A stretch of DNA of 64,000 nt from Amphiscolops sp. MND2022. Lineage: Eukaryota. The DNA lies in assembly GCA_964187785.1 (NCBI GenBank), contig OZ076409.1, positions 1,240,001 through 1,304,000 of the forward strand. The letters run 5' to 3'. Numbering within the stretch: the first letter of the stretch is position 1; each line of letters starts with the position of its first letter. The notes beneath the pieces are model-generated. The model saw only the letters and a program-made list of their open reading frames with translations, had not been told where the DNA came from and did no database searches. Positions 24,193-33,661 of the stretch are shown here, piece by piece. A program made the translations under genes and the position numbers.

Positions 24193-25590
24193 CTAGTATC
24201 TGAAGTCTTCTGAGTAGTTTGGGTTAGGGTTAGGTCTGAGGTTATATTTCCCTCCTCTAGGGCTCAGACTCTCATTTCTAGCATCGTTTTCGGATATTTC
24301 GGGCACGATAATGTCATCCCCCCTGTTTGGAGATTTTTGTGTATCGTTTTCATTCGTCAAGTTTCTTTCTGTAAAATTTCCATCGTTTTCCGGTCTATCT
24401 GCCGTATTCGGCAATGATTTTTCTTGGTTTTTTGGGGAAACGGCCGGATTCGTCCAATCAGATTTGTCATTGGTAGCCGCTTCACTAGTTTCATTCCTTT
24501 TTGTGACGTCATGATTTAATCTTTCATTCCGGTTCCGCGCCGCGTGGTCAGCGTAACTTGTTTCGTCACTCGTGATTATGTAATCCGGTTCATTCTCGGC
24601 TACGTCATTTGTATTCGCTTCTGGCACGTTCGGCCGTTCGCCATTCGGCATGCTGGTCGGAATAGTCTCGTTGCCTCGTGTAACTAGTTGCTCGCCAAAG
24701 TCGGTTTCCCACGTTATGACGTATAAATCATCTTGCGGAATGACAATTTCTTCATCTGTCTGCAACTGTTGTTCTCGGGAATTGTCCTCAAGCGGTTGAT
24801 TGGGGACAAACCTTCTAAGACGAATGCGATGCAAAATTTGAGTTTTGTTCGTATTGATTCGTCGTACTATATAGTTTTCATTTGGCGAAACCTTTTGGAC
24901 TACAAATGGTCCAACCCAACGATAATCGCGGAATGGAATTTTCGATCCTTGATTGTCCGCTTTCGGCTGTAAGACAAAACAGTATTTGTTCTCCTTTAGT
25001 GGAGCGGCTTTTGCTTTGCGGTCGTAATATTCTTTGTACTTGATATACGATTGCATAATGTTCTGCTTCGTTTTGTCAATCAGGATTCTTGTCCGGTTTT
25101 GGATTTCTTCAGCAAATTCGGTTGTGGGGTTAATTTGCTCGTTTGGATTATTTCCAAGCTTGTGATTTAAAATATTAAATGGAATTCTTCCATGAAATAC
25201 CCTCGTTGGCTCGCAACCGATGCTGGCGTGGTAGGTAGTATTATGATTTAGTACTGCTAATGGCAAGTATTTGTGCCATTGTCGGCGATATTCTCCACAT
25301 GCCAATTTGAGATTTGTTTTCAATGAGGCATGAGTTCGCTCCAATTTCCCAATTGTCTGCGGGTGTTTTGTTGTTGCACTTTTGAGTGTGATGCCCAAAA
25401 TCTGCGTAACCTCCGCAATAATTGTAGAAGTAAATGCAGTACCTTTATCAGTGATAAGAGTCGTTGGTAGATATGAGTGTTTAGTCATGATGTCAATGAT
25501 CGCTTCTGCTACATTGATCGCTGATGCGTCCGTAAGGGGATAGGCGAACAAATATCTGGAGAATACATCAATTGCTGTTAAGACGTTTTC
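24193..25590 (-). CDS. pol: Pol integrase catalytic core and C-terminal domain (separated from RT by a frameshift lesion)
   Basis: ITDKGTAF, HPQTIGKLERTH and WVGPF (GPY/F) motifs; acidic tail ending GGKYNLRPNPNPNYS. Confidence 0.92.
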   Translation of the reverse strand, partial: ENVLTAIDVFSRYLFAYPLTDASAINVAEAIIDIMTKHSYLPTTLITDKGTAFTSTIIAEVTQILGITLKSATTKHPQTIGKLERTHASLKTNLKLACGEYRRQWHKYLPLAVLNHNTTYHASIGCEPTRVFHGRIPFNILNHKLGNNPNEQINPTTEFAEEIQNRTRILIDKTKQNIMQSYIKYKEYYDRKAKAAPLKENKYCFVLQPKADNQGSKIPFRDYRWVGPFVVQKVSPNENYIVRRINTNKTQILHRIRLRRFVPNQPLEDNSREQQLQTDEEIVIPQDDLYVITWETDFGEQLVTRGNETIPTSMPNGERPNVPEANTNDVAENEPDYIITSDETSYADHAARNRNERLNHDVTKRNETSEAATNDKSDWTNPAVSPKNQEKSLPNTADRPENDGNFTERNLTNENDTQKSPNRGDDIIVPEISENDARNESLSPRGGKYNLRPNPNPNYSEDFRY

Positions 25591-27949
25591 ATACCCAACA
25601 CAATAGGTCTATTTGCATGGCGTCTTCAGGTCCGAGGTCCCATTCGGGCAAGTTAAGCAGCTCAGGTGTGATCGTTGCGTTAGGGACTCTTTTGTCTCTG
25701 GCACATTGTTCGCACCCTTCTACCCACTTTTTGACGTGTTTAGCCATGCTAGGGTAGTAATACCTCTGTCGAATTTCCTGCAGCATTTTTGAAATCCCAG
25801 GATGTTTATGCGCTGTCCCGTGAAGAGATTGGAGCAATTCCTGGAGTAAATGTTGCGGGAGTAAAATTTGATGGTATTTAACATTCCCTGTTTCATCGAA
25901 ATATTGCCTTGTCAGGATTTCGTCCTTTAGTACAATTCGTTCCAGATTGTTTGCGTAATGTCTATATCGGGCATCCTGGTGCAGTAGATTTTCTGAATAC
26001 TCTTCATGAAGCAGTTTTGCTTTCAATTGTTGTAGTACCGCATCTTTGGATTGCTCGATAATGATCTGGTTCGTTTTCCTCAATAGGACTTGTATATCGG
26101 GGTGTTGCTTGACTAGATTTGTTGACAGAGTTTGTATAGTAACAGTGGGTTCATCAGTTGCTGGATTTTTCTTGATTGCTTCTTTTCTTGCCCACAACTG
26201 TTCTTCTGTCTCATCGTCGTCATTGGTGTAGAAGATTTGTTCTTCTTGCGATACCCCTGCGGATTGGACATTGATTTCGATGGGTAGTGTTTGTACATCT
26301 TCACGAATTTTCATCACCAATTTGTCCTTTGGATCTGCTTCCAATCGGGACAAATAGTCGGCAGCTGTATTTTGTGCTCCTGGGATGTGTGCTATGACAA
26401 AGTTGAACTGAATGACATAATCACACGCGTTCCACAGGGCTGGGGGTATTATTTTTGTTTGGAAAAATCTCGTGACAGCTTTATTGTCTGTAAGGATGAT
26501 GCCCGGTTTCGGCGCACCCCAAAATATATGTCCGAATTCTTTGAATGCAAAATAAATTGCAAGGAATTCTTTGGCATAAATTGACATCTTTATCTGCGCT
26601 GGGGTGAAAGTTTTTGATCCATATGCGACTGGTGCATACGATTTTCTGTGTGACGTAAATTTCTGGCTTGGGTCGTCTTCGATTAGGACCGCGTATCCGG
26701 CTGCACCAAAACTTGCATCAGTCATTAGTGCTATTTGTTTGTTCGGAATGGGTTGTTGTAGGGCCAAGTCGCAACATTTGTCTAGCGCCCTATTGATTTC
26801 TTCAAATTGCTGGACTAATTCCTTCGATACTAGGACCTTTTCGTCACTCTTCAGCATCTTGTAGAATGGAGCAAGGCGTTCTGAAAGTCTTGGGACATAA
26901 TTCCTGTAGTAGTTTAGGAATCCCAAATAGCGCTGTAAAGCCTTTTTCGACTTCGGGAATTTGGTCTTTTCCAGAAAGTTTTGCACATTCTGTTTCTGGG
27001 GTTTGACGCCTTGTGGGGTAATAGTCCGTCCGAGAAAATCGATTTCTTTTGCACCGAAATGACATTTGTGCATTGTTAACTTAAGGCCTGCTTCCTGAAT
27101 GCATTTGAATGTAGCTCTCAGGTTCGTCATGAGGTGGTCAACATCATTGGCTGCGATGCCGGTATCGTCCACATACTGGGCACACTGATCCGCTTTGATG
27201 ACTTTGTCGAGGTATTCCCTCATGAAACTCGAGAATGCGGATAGTGACCGACTAAGGCCTTGTGCCAAACGTCTGTAGGCGAATGTGCGACTGGCAAAAT
27301 TGAAAGCCAACATTTCGATTGAACGTTGGTCAGCCATTGGTAGGCAGTGGTATGCCTGCGAACAGTCTAATTTACAGAACAGTTTTTTGCCTGCCAAGTG
27401 TTGGGCGGCATCAACTAGCGTACTGACGGGATGATTGTTGTTGATATAATCATCCGAGATGAGGTTGTTGATTTTTCTCAAGTCAACCACGAGTCGGAGT
27501 TTTCCGTTCGGTTTCTTTTGTGCGAATATTGGGCTCGCATATTTCGAGAACGGTAGGGTGGTGATGATGCCATATTTGTGTAACATGGCTAATTCGACTA
27601 GGATGTCCTCCTTCAGATTGATAGGAGCTGGAAGGCTTTGGCTATAGGCTGGGGAATCGTCTTTAGGCGTCAGTTTCACCTTGAAGTCCTCGTTCATGCC
27701 TATATCAAATCGGTGTCGTGCAAAGATGTCATGGAATTCCACTAACAATTCCTCTATTTTCTCCTTCTCTTCAGGAGTAAGGGTGGAATCTTTCCAATCG
27801 AAGTTTTCTAAGAATTTTGCACGTGAGTCTTCATCTTTGGTGGGGTCAAGTGTCTCTAGGTCTTGTAAGGCCTGTAATTCTCGAAGGATTCGTTTTTGTA
27901 TAGGTGTGTGTTCCTCCGGATTTCCAGGATTTTCTGGAGTTGAGAACCA
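25589..27949 (-). CDS. pol: Pol reverse transcriptase, RNase H and integrase Zn finger
   Basis: LRLVVDLRKIN, KLDCSQAYH, YVDD, TDAS, TDNK, ADYLSR, and HHCC (HGTAHKH...CEQC). Confidence 0.95.
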   Translation of the reverse strand, partial: WFSTPENPGNPEEHTPIQKRILRELQALQDLETLDPTKDEDSRAKFLENFDWKDSTLTPEEKEKIEELLVEFHDIFARHRFDIGMNEDFKVKLTPKDDSPAYSQSLPAPINLKEDILVELAMLHKYGIITTLPFSKYASPIFAQKKPNGKLRLVVDLRKINNLISDDYINNNHPVSTLVDAAQHLAGKKLFCKLDCSQAYHCLPMADQRSIEMLAFNFASRTFAYRRLAQGLSRSLSAFSSFMREYLDKVIKADQCAQYVDDTGIAANDVDHLMTNLRATFKCIQEAGLKLTMHKCHFGAKEIDFLGRTITPQGVKPQKQNVQNFLEKTKFPKSKKALQRYLGFLNYYRNYVPRLSERLAPFYKMLKSDEKVLVSKELVQQFEEINRALDKCCDLALQQPIPNKQIALMTDASFGAAGYAVLIEDDPSQKFTSHRKSYAPVAYGSKTFTPAQIKMSIYAKEFLAIYFAFKEFGHIFWGAPKPGIILTDNKAVTRFFQTKIIPPALWNACDYVIQFNFVIAHIPGAQNTAADYLSRLEADPKDKLVMKIREDVQTLPIEINVQSAGVSQEEQIFYTNDDDETEEQLWARKEAIKKNPATDEPTVTIQTLSTNLVKQHPDIQVLLRKTNQIIIEQSKDAVLQQLKAKLLHEEYSENLLHQDARYRHYANNLERIVLKDEILTRQYFDETGNVKYHQILLPQHLLQELLQSLHGTAHKHPGISKMLQEIRQRYYYPSMAKHVKKWVEGCEQCARDKRVPNATITPELLNLPEWDLGPEDAMQIDLLCWV

Positions 27950-29388
27950 ATAATATAAGTTTCAGAGTTTTGCGGATTTCTATTGGTCTTGATGAGACTG
28001 CTGACATAGTGGGCTGCCTGCTCCTGGTCATTCTGTAGAAGGTGCCAGGTTGATGCCGGATCTATCGGTTTGACGTACTTCATCTGTTCTGGCGTCATGA
28101 CAGAGAAATTGGCAATATGAAGTCCCTTTTTGAGTTTATAAGGGTGGTCTGTGAAGTTGTTCACTGGTATCAGTATATTGCCGTCATTCAGAGTGACCAA
28201 AGCTGGGCAAAATGTGATGTCGCCTTCTTCATGTAAAAGGTCGCTCGGTTGCAAAATTCCAGTGACAGCATTCTCAGGGTAGAGTAGGGAATTGGTCCTA
28301 ATTAGGACTTTATCATTTGGTGGAATGGTTATCTCAATAGGGTTGAGAATTGGCTCTAATACATTTGAATACTTGTGATCAGCTGTTTTGAGCTGCATGG
28401 AAAAGAACGGGAAATTCAGTATCCCTTGTCTCATGTCCAGCACTGTATGGTTTCTTTGAAGGAACGTTAGTCCAATGATCGGACCTGTCAGATGTTCCAT
28501 CACTATGAAGATTTCATGGAACTCAATGTCACCAACTTCGAATTTGAGCTCTATTGTACTCTTAGGAGTTTCCAATTGCCCATTAGCGACCATTATTTGG
28601 AACTTCGGAGGCGGACCTTCCCGGATAACAGATTGTGGAGATAAAAGTCGAATTTTCCGGAGGTCCATTCCGGGAATTGCACTGGACAGCGCTCCAGTGT
28701 CAATAAGTCCATCTATGGTCAATTCCCCAAAGTCCATTGGGAAGTACAACATGCGTTTCTTGCATTTGAGATTGATGTTAGTCGACAGGGGTATACAGTC
28801 TGGTTCACCGTCTCTAGTGATTAAGACATTCTGGAACTGTTTCTCGTCTAGCAATGATTGTGGTATGGGTTCAACATTGCTGTCATGGGTCTCGGTCCCC
28901 AATGGGTTTGGGAACACTGGATGGTTTGTGCCATCATTCATTTACCAGTTTTCAATTAGCGCTCTTGTTTTCTTGTTATGGGTAATTGGAGGGTTCTCGT
29001 GGGCTGTTCTATTATAATGTTCAATATCGTCTAGGACATATTGGAATTGCAGTAAATCTTGGTTGTAAAGCTCGGTGTCCCAGTAGGGATCTCTGCCATA
29101 GTCTGGGTCGATGTATGTCGGGTTGTAATCATCGATTAGTGGAATGGGCCTGAATCGGGTAGTGAAGGTGGTGGTGTGATCAGGGTCCCAAACAGGAATT
29201 GGTTTCTGGAACAAATGGGTGTTATTGTAGGTGATGATGGTGGCTTTTTCCATCTGCTGCTGCCAGACAACAGAGGGATAGCCCATCAATTGTTGATTGT
29301 ATTGGTGGAAAGTTTGTGTTGGAGGGTCCGATCTGATGTATTGTCGGACAGATATTAATTCGTTATATTGGAGTCGTGGCGAAGTTAG
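27950..29388 (-). CDS. pol: Pol N-terminus: aspartic protease and dUTPase-like insert; in-frame TAA at 28942-28944
   Basis: LIDTGA protease motif and IIGLTFL. The -1 frame from the gag slippery site is open to 28945, and the same frame resumes at 28941. Confidence 0.88.
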
Positions 29389-31079
29389 TTTTTTGACTCG
29401 TCATTAGAATATGAGGATTGGGAGCCCGATGATGTCGGTTTGGTCTGAGGTTTCTGAGCCTTGGGATTGGGCTTGTTGTCAGTTGAGTCCTCAGGTCTAG
29501 TGCGTTTGGGTTTAAGATGTGCACCAGCGCCTTGCCAACATCTCTCCTCCGGGTGGTTCTTTTTCCCACAAGTGCCACACTCCGGATATGTTTTCTTCTG
29601 CGTCGACTTGCCTTGTTGGGCATCCTTTTCTTTTTTCTTTTTCAGTTTTTCGCAGTCCTTGACCATGTGGCCCTTTTCCTTGCAATAATTGCAAGTGATA
29701 TGGGACAGTTGCCCTGTGGACAGAGGGGTTTTAGGTTTCGTAGTCGAGGAGGTCATTGTGGCCATCGGTAGGTCATCTGACTCCTCGAGGGCGTTAAGCT
29801 CTAATTTTCTCTCCAAATGAGCAACTATCTCATCGTATGAGCCATTTTCTAATCTGGCCATGTTGACGGACCGCTTCAGTTTTGGTGGCAGTTTTGCGTA
29901 AAGCAAGCTGTCAATCAATTTCTGCGCAAGATCACCAAACGCCTTCTCGGCTCCTTGGTTTAATTCTTCGAGAAAGTCAGGCAGTTTCATCGTGTTGGGA
30001 TCGAAGACCAGACGGTGCCATTTATGTTTGGCAGTCGCCTGTGACTCGGGCTTGACGTATTTCCGTCTAAAGATGACTAACACGTCCTCTAGAGTTTGTC
30101 GGTTGCTTGAGCTGATATTTCTGAACGTTTGAAGAGCATTCTTCCTCAATAAAGAGTGGAAGTGATTGATCTTCATTGGCTCAGTCATTTCTGGCTGCAT
30201 CTTGATCATAGTGTGAAATAGGTCTTCGAACAGTTCGAAATTCTCACTTTTGCCATCGAATGTCATGGTATTTGAGTTGACTGGGCGTATGGTAAGTTGT
30301 TGGGCTGTCGGTCTATTCTGCATTGTAGTCAAGACGTCTGCCAGTCGAGTGATAGGCTCGGAGTCAATAGCCGTAGCGATTCTCTGTTGTGCTGGGATCG
30401 TCGTGTCGAGGTTGACGTCCTCGAAGGACCTGTCGAGATAATTTCGGGATGAGATGCGTCCTGTGAGAAACTCAGGAACTGGATTTGGAGATTCGTTGTC
30501 TCCTGTCACCATGTCATGAACATTACGTTGTGTTTTATCACCATGTTCATTATTGAGAGTAGTTCTAGTTTTCGCGTTGTGTTGAACTTCGGAATAACTT
30601 TCCGGTCTCTCGTCAGATCTCTCCCATCCCCTTCTAGTCTCCTGTCCTGAACCGGCCATAATAACGTTTTGAATTTGTGGCAAAACTTGGTTATTGATGG
30701 CATCACTTATGGCTCTCTGGATTTGAGAACTAACACTGTTCATCATCTCATCCATCTCTCTAGATATTCTAGAGTTTAGTTCACACGATAACTTATTGAT
30801 CTCAGCTTGAGAATCTATACTTGCTGTGATTCGGTCGTAACCGGCACTAGTCCCAGTTTCGGGATTTCTATGATCAGAATGGAGATTCATTTCCTCATTT
30901 TCTAAGTTATTGCTTGTAACACTTTCCTGTCTTCTAATGGAAGTTCCATCGAGACTTTCGTCTCTCCCCATGTCATTGAAGTGATTTTCACCTAACATTA
31001 TGTCAAGGTTTTCAATGTCAGAGAGAATCTCTAATCCTCTAGATTTCCTTGTTTTCTTTTGCTTTCTTGTAGTAGGCAT
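29385..31079 (-). CDS. gag: Gag (564 aa) with two CCHC zinc knuckles; starts inside the 5' LTR
   Basis: CNYCKEKGHMVKDC and CGTCGKKNHPEERC; capsid-like FDGKSENFELFEDLF region; intact ORF. Confidence 0.93.
   Translation of the reverse strand: MPTTRKQKKTRKSRGLEILSDIENLDIMLGENHFNDMGRDESLDGTSIRRQESVTSNNLENEEMNLHSDHRNPETGTSAGYDRITASIDSQAEINKLSCELNSRISREMDEMMNSVSSQIQRAISDAINNQVLPQIQNVIMAGSGQETRRGWERSDERPESYSEVQHNAKTRTTLNNEHGDKTQRNVHDMVTGDNESPNPVPEFLTGRISSRNYLDRSFEDVNLDTTIPAQQRIATAIDSEPITRLADVLTTMQNRPTAQQLTIRPVNSNTMTFDGKSENFELFEDLFHTMIKMQPEMTEPMKINHFHSLLRKNALQTFRNISSSNRQTLEDVLVIFRRKYVKPESQATAKHKWHRLVFDPNTMKLPDFLEELNQGAEKAFGDLAQKLIDSLLYAKLPPKLKRSVNMARLENGSYDEIVAHLERKLELNALEESDDLPMATMTSSTTKPKTPLSTGQLSHITCNYCKEKGHMVKDCEKLKKKKEKDAQQGKSTQKKTYPECGTCGKKNHPEERCWQGAGAHLKPKRTRPEDSTDNKPNPKAQKPQTKPTSSGSQSSYSNDESKN
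29388..29394 (-). other. -1 ribosomal frameshift slippery heptamer A_AAA_AAC
   Basis: TCA AAA AAC TAA at the gag end; the -1 frame (LTSPRLQYNELISVRQY...LMGYP) is open and joins ORF 28942-29289. Confidence 0.8.
30494..30511 (-). other. Primer-binding site (TGGTGACAGGAG...), lying inside the gag coding sequence
   Basis: TGG starts immediately after the LTR terminal CA. Cognate tRNA not identified with certainty (possibly Leu). Confidence 0.8.
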
Positions 31080-32243
31080 TAAGACCGAACCGGATTGAAT
31101 ACTTGAATTATCAATTCCGAAATGTTAACAGTGAAACCGTTTGTATTATGAACGTCTTTATCAAATGAAGAGAAATACAAAGTATGAGTCTTCCTGCAGG
31201 GGTACGGGTATTTATACCCCTAAAGGGATGACACACACATTTTTTACATAGTTTGATCACGACAAATCATAGGATTTTACAATCATCATAAGAAAATCCC
31301 CGACAACTACATATTTCCGGGGGACATTTAAGGAATGGAATTCAGAGTCATCATCTTAAGTAGCAACTTCAAACAATTTATCGGTTAAGACCGCTTAATG
31401 TGTGATGTAAACAAATACCACAATTTGCATATTTTATAGTAACGTAAAATGAAGGCACGTGCCGGCACAAGTTTACTGCATGTTAAGCTAAAAACGGAAT
31501 GTATTACTATGTATGGAATCCTAATATTGCATTGATATTCACGAAAATACACTCGCATATCAAAGCCAGAATAGGCCCAAATTCATAACATGTATTGCAC
31601 ATATGAAGAACATGGTAAAAGGCCATAATCGTCCCTTTATCCAAATCAAAGGTATACAAACATCAAAACGTCACAACCGTATTCATTTAGTCTAAAAACA
31701 TGATTCTAATAGCTCCGCGTAAGTACTGATCCAATTATGTAACAAAAGCATCATTAAGCTCGAATTGGCCAGAGCCGTCCATTTGACTGTGGGAGTGATT
31801 CAAATTAGCGCCGCTTAGTCAATTGGCCATATCCGGCCACCATAAATAAAGCACTCATAATTAGTAAAAAGGAGAGCTCTGATTGGCTAATAACCGTGCT
31901 GAAAGTTACATCGCCGAGAAGGGACGTTTTCTTACTTGAACACGTTTCCTTCTCGCGATTAACTTGCTTATTGTACGTTACCGCTTTGATTAACTTCAAC
32001 AACTACCTTTTACAATTTCAATCACAACTTGATTTGGATAGGTCCAAATCGTAATTTTAACAGACTAATATCATGAACAATTATGTGAAAATGCACTTGA
32101 ATAAGTAAAATGAATGTGATCAACTAGTAAATATAAGTTTCAGTAAGGGAAAGTTTAAAACGTGGGTAGGGTACCTGGGACGATTTCCTGATTTTCCGCT
32201 GACGTCGTTATTAATGTACCGTCACAGGCGGCAGCCTGCGACA
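30512..32243 (-). repeat. 5' LTR (1732 bp)
   Basis: TGTCGCAGG...TTCATGACA on the minus strand; followed by the PBS. Confidence 0.97.
31209..31216 (-). promoter_or_regulatory. Candidate LTR TATA box
   Basis: TATAAATA about 130 bp upstream of the gag ATG (copy at 16982-16989). Confidence 0.45.
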
Positions 32244-32254
32244 GTGAAGAAACA

Positions 32255-32772
32255 ACAAGCCGGGAACGACCCAAGTTGGCGTCATATCTAAAACTCAAAA
32301 AAAGCAAAAGTACTTCAAAGTGTCAAGTATTCTTTTCTGTGGTACCTGAAAATTCGAAAAGTGCAACCGAATTGGCGCACCCTTCCCGGTTTTTTAACAT
32401 TCATTCAGTTGCAAAATATCAAAATTTTGAAACAGGACTCTTTGAAGATATAAAAAACATTTTGAAAAAGTCTCACAATGCCGAAAAATACGAAAAGGGA
32501 ACCCTTCTTAATTTTTTTTAACATTCGAACTTTGAAACCGTTACATCCGAACTTTGAAAACGTTACATTCGAACTTTGAAACGTTATATCCGAACTTTGA
32601 AAACGTTACATCTGAACTTTGAAACGTTATACTCGAACTAACATCCACGTTAACCTCGGCAAAGATGTTGCACAAATGAACAAAAAAGTGGACCGATCGC
32701 GTTGAACTGACGAAAAAAACTAGCCACTGTAAGTAAGAGTCGTGCTTTTTCTTCGAAGGCGCCGACTGAAAA
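32255..32772 (-). mobile_element. Non-autonomous Helentron/HINE (DINE-1-like) element, family A, with an internal ~21-bp tandem repeat
   Basis: Subterminal inverted repeats agt(c/t)ggcg / gcgccgact, degenerate terminal GC hairpin; repeats of acattcgaactttgaaacgtt at 32521-32640. Confidence 0.7.
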
Positions 32773-33152
32773 CATAAAAGAAAAATCAAACCTACTTCTG
32801 TATAACGCCCCCTGATGGAAATGGCCGTATAAATACACTGAACCATAATAACGTAAAGATACCAGTTACCGACGAAACAACAAGAATAAAAGAAACAGAA
32901 TGTTTAGCAAATTTTTCTCGGATCGAAACTTGATTGAATCTTTTTTTTTGTTTTCCTTTTGTACCTGAAATCAGTTTTTTTCTTTCTGCCATACTGAAGT
33001 GTGAAGTGTTTATTTGGGCAACAAAAACAAAATTCACCATGTGTTAACTATGGTTTGTCATATTATTCCACACTATCCGGGATGAACTACTTGAATATTT
33101 TTAAAGTTCTACTTAGAATTTTTCCTACATTCAAAACAAACTGATCCATCAG

Positions 33153-33598
33153 TCCAGAACAAATTTGAAAATAAAGTAATGAACAAAACAGAACAAAATA
33201 AAAGCAACATTGTGTCAATGATTGACAAAGCGGGTTTCTAGAAGCACACTGCCATAAGGCGCCTACGACGGATGAGTAAGTATGTTTTGACTTTTCAGAC
33301 ATCTTGAAGCACCCCAATTTATTTTTTCAGACTACCAGTCAGCACCGCTTTCTTCCATTGAGGATGCTTGGGATTAATCCCAAGCATCCTCAATGGAAGA
33401 AAGCGGTGCTGACTGGTAGTCTGAAAAAATAAATTGGGGTGCTTCAAGATGTCTGAAAAGTCAAAACATACTTACTCATCCGTCGTAGGCGCCTTATGGC
33501 AGTGTGCTTCTAGAAACCCGCTTTGTCAATCATTGACACAATGTTGCTTTTATTTTGTTCTGTTTTGTTCATTACTTTATTTTCAAATTTGTTCTGGA
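33153..33598. repeat. Spacer-less palindrome, 446 bp, apparently perfect
   Basis: Centre ...cttgggatt|aatcccaag... (33375/33376); arms are reverse complements out to tccagaac / gttctgga. Confidence 0.95.
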
Positions 33599-33661
33599 AT
33601 TTAAAAGGGTTGTTGAAACTTTGACAGAATTCTGTCAAAGTTTCAACAACCCTTTTAAATT
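33598..33661. repeat. Perfect spacer-less palindrome, 64 bp, abutting the 446-bp one
   Basis: aatttaaaagggttgttgaaactttgacagaa|ttctgtcaaagtttcaacaacccttttaaatt. Confidence 0.95.

Larger units (their letters stand above)
16285..32243 (-). mobile_element. Full-length giant Ty3/Gypsy LTR retrotransposon (15,959 bp) with accessory genes
   Basis: Two 1732-bp direct repeats with TG...CA ends; 5-bp TSD GTGAA at 16280-16284 and 32244-32248; PBS; gag, then PR-RT-RH-IN order. Confidence 0.97.

Noticed and set aside
32521..32640. CRISPR-like array
   Set aside because: Direct tandem repeats without unique spacers, in a eukaryotic context with no cas genes.
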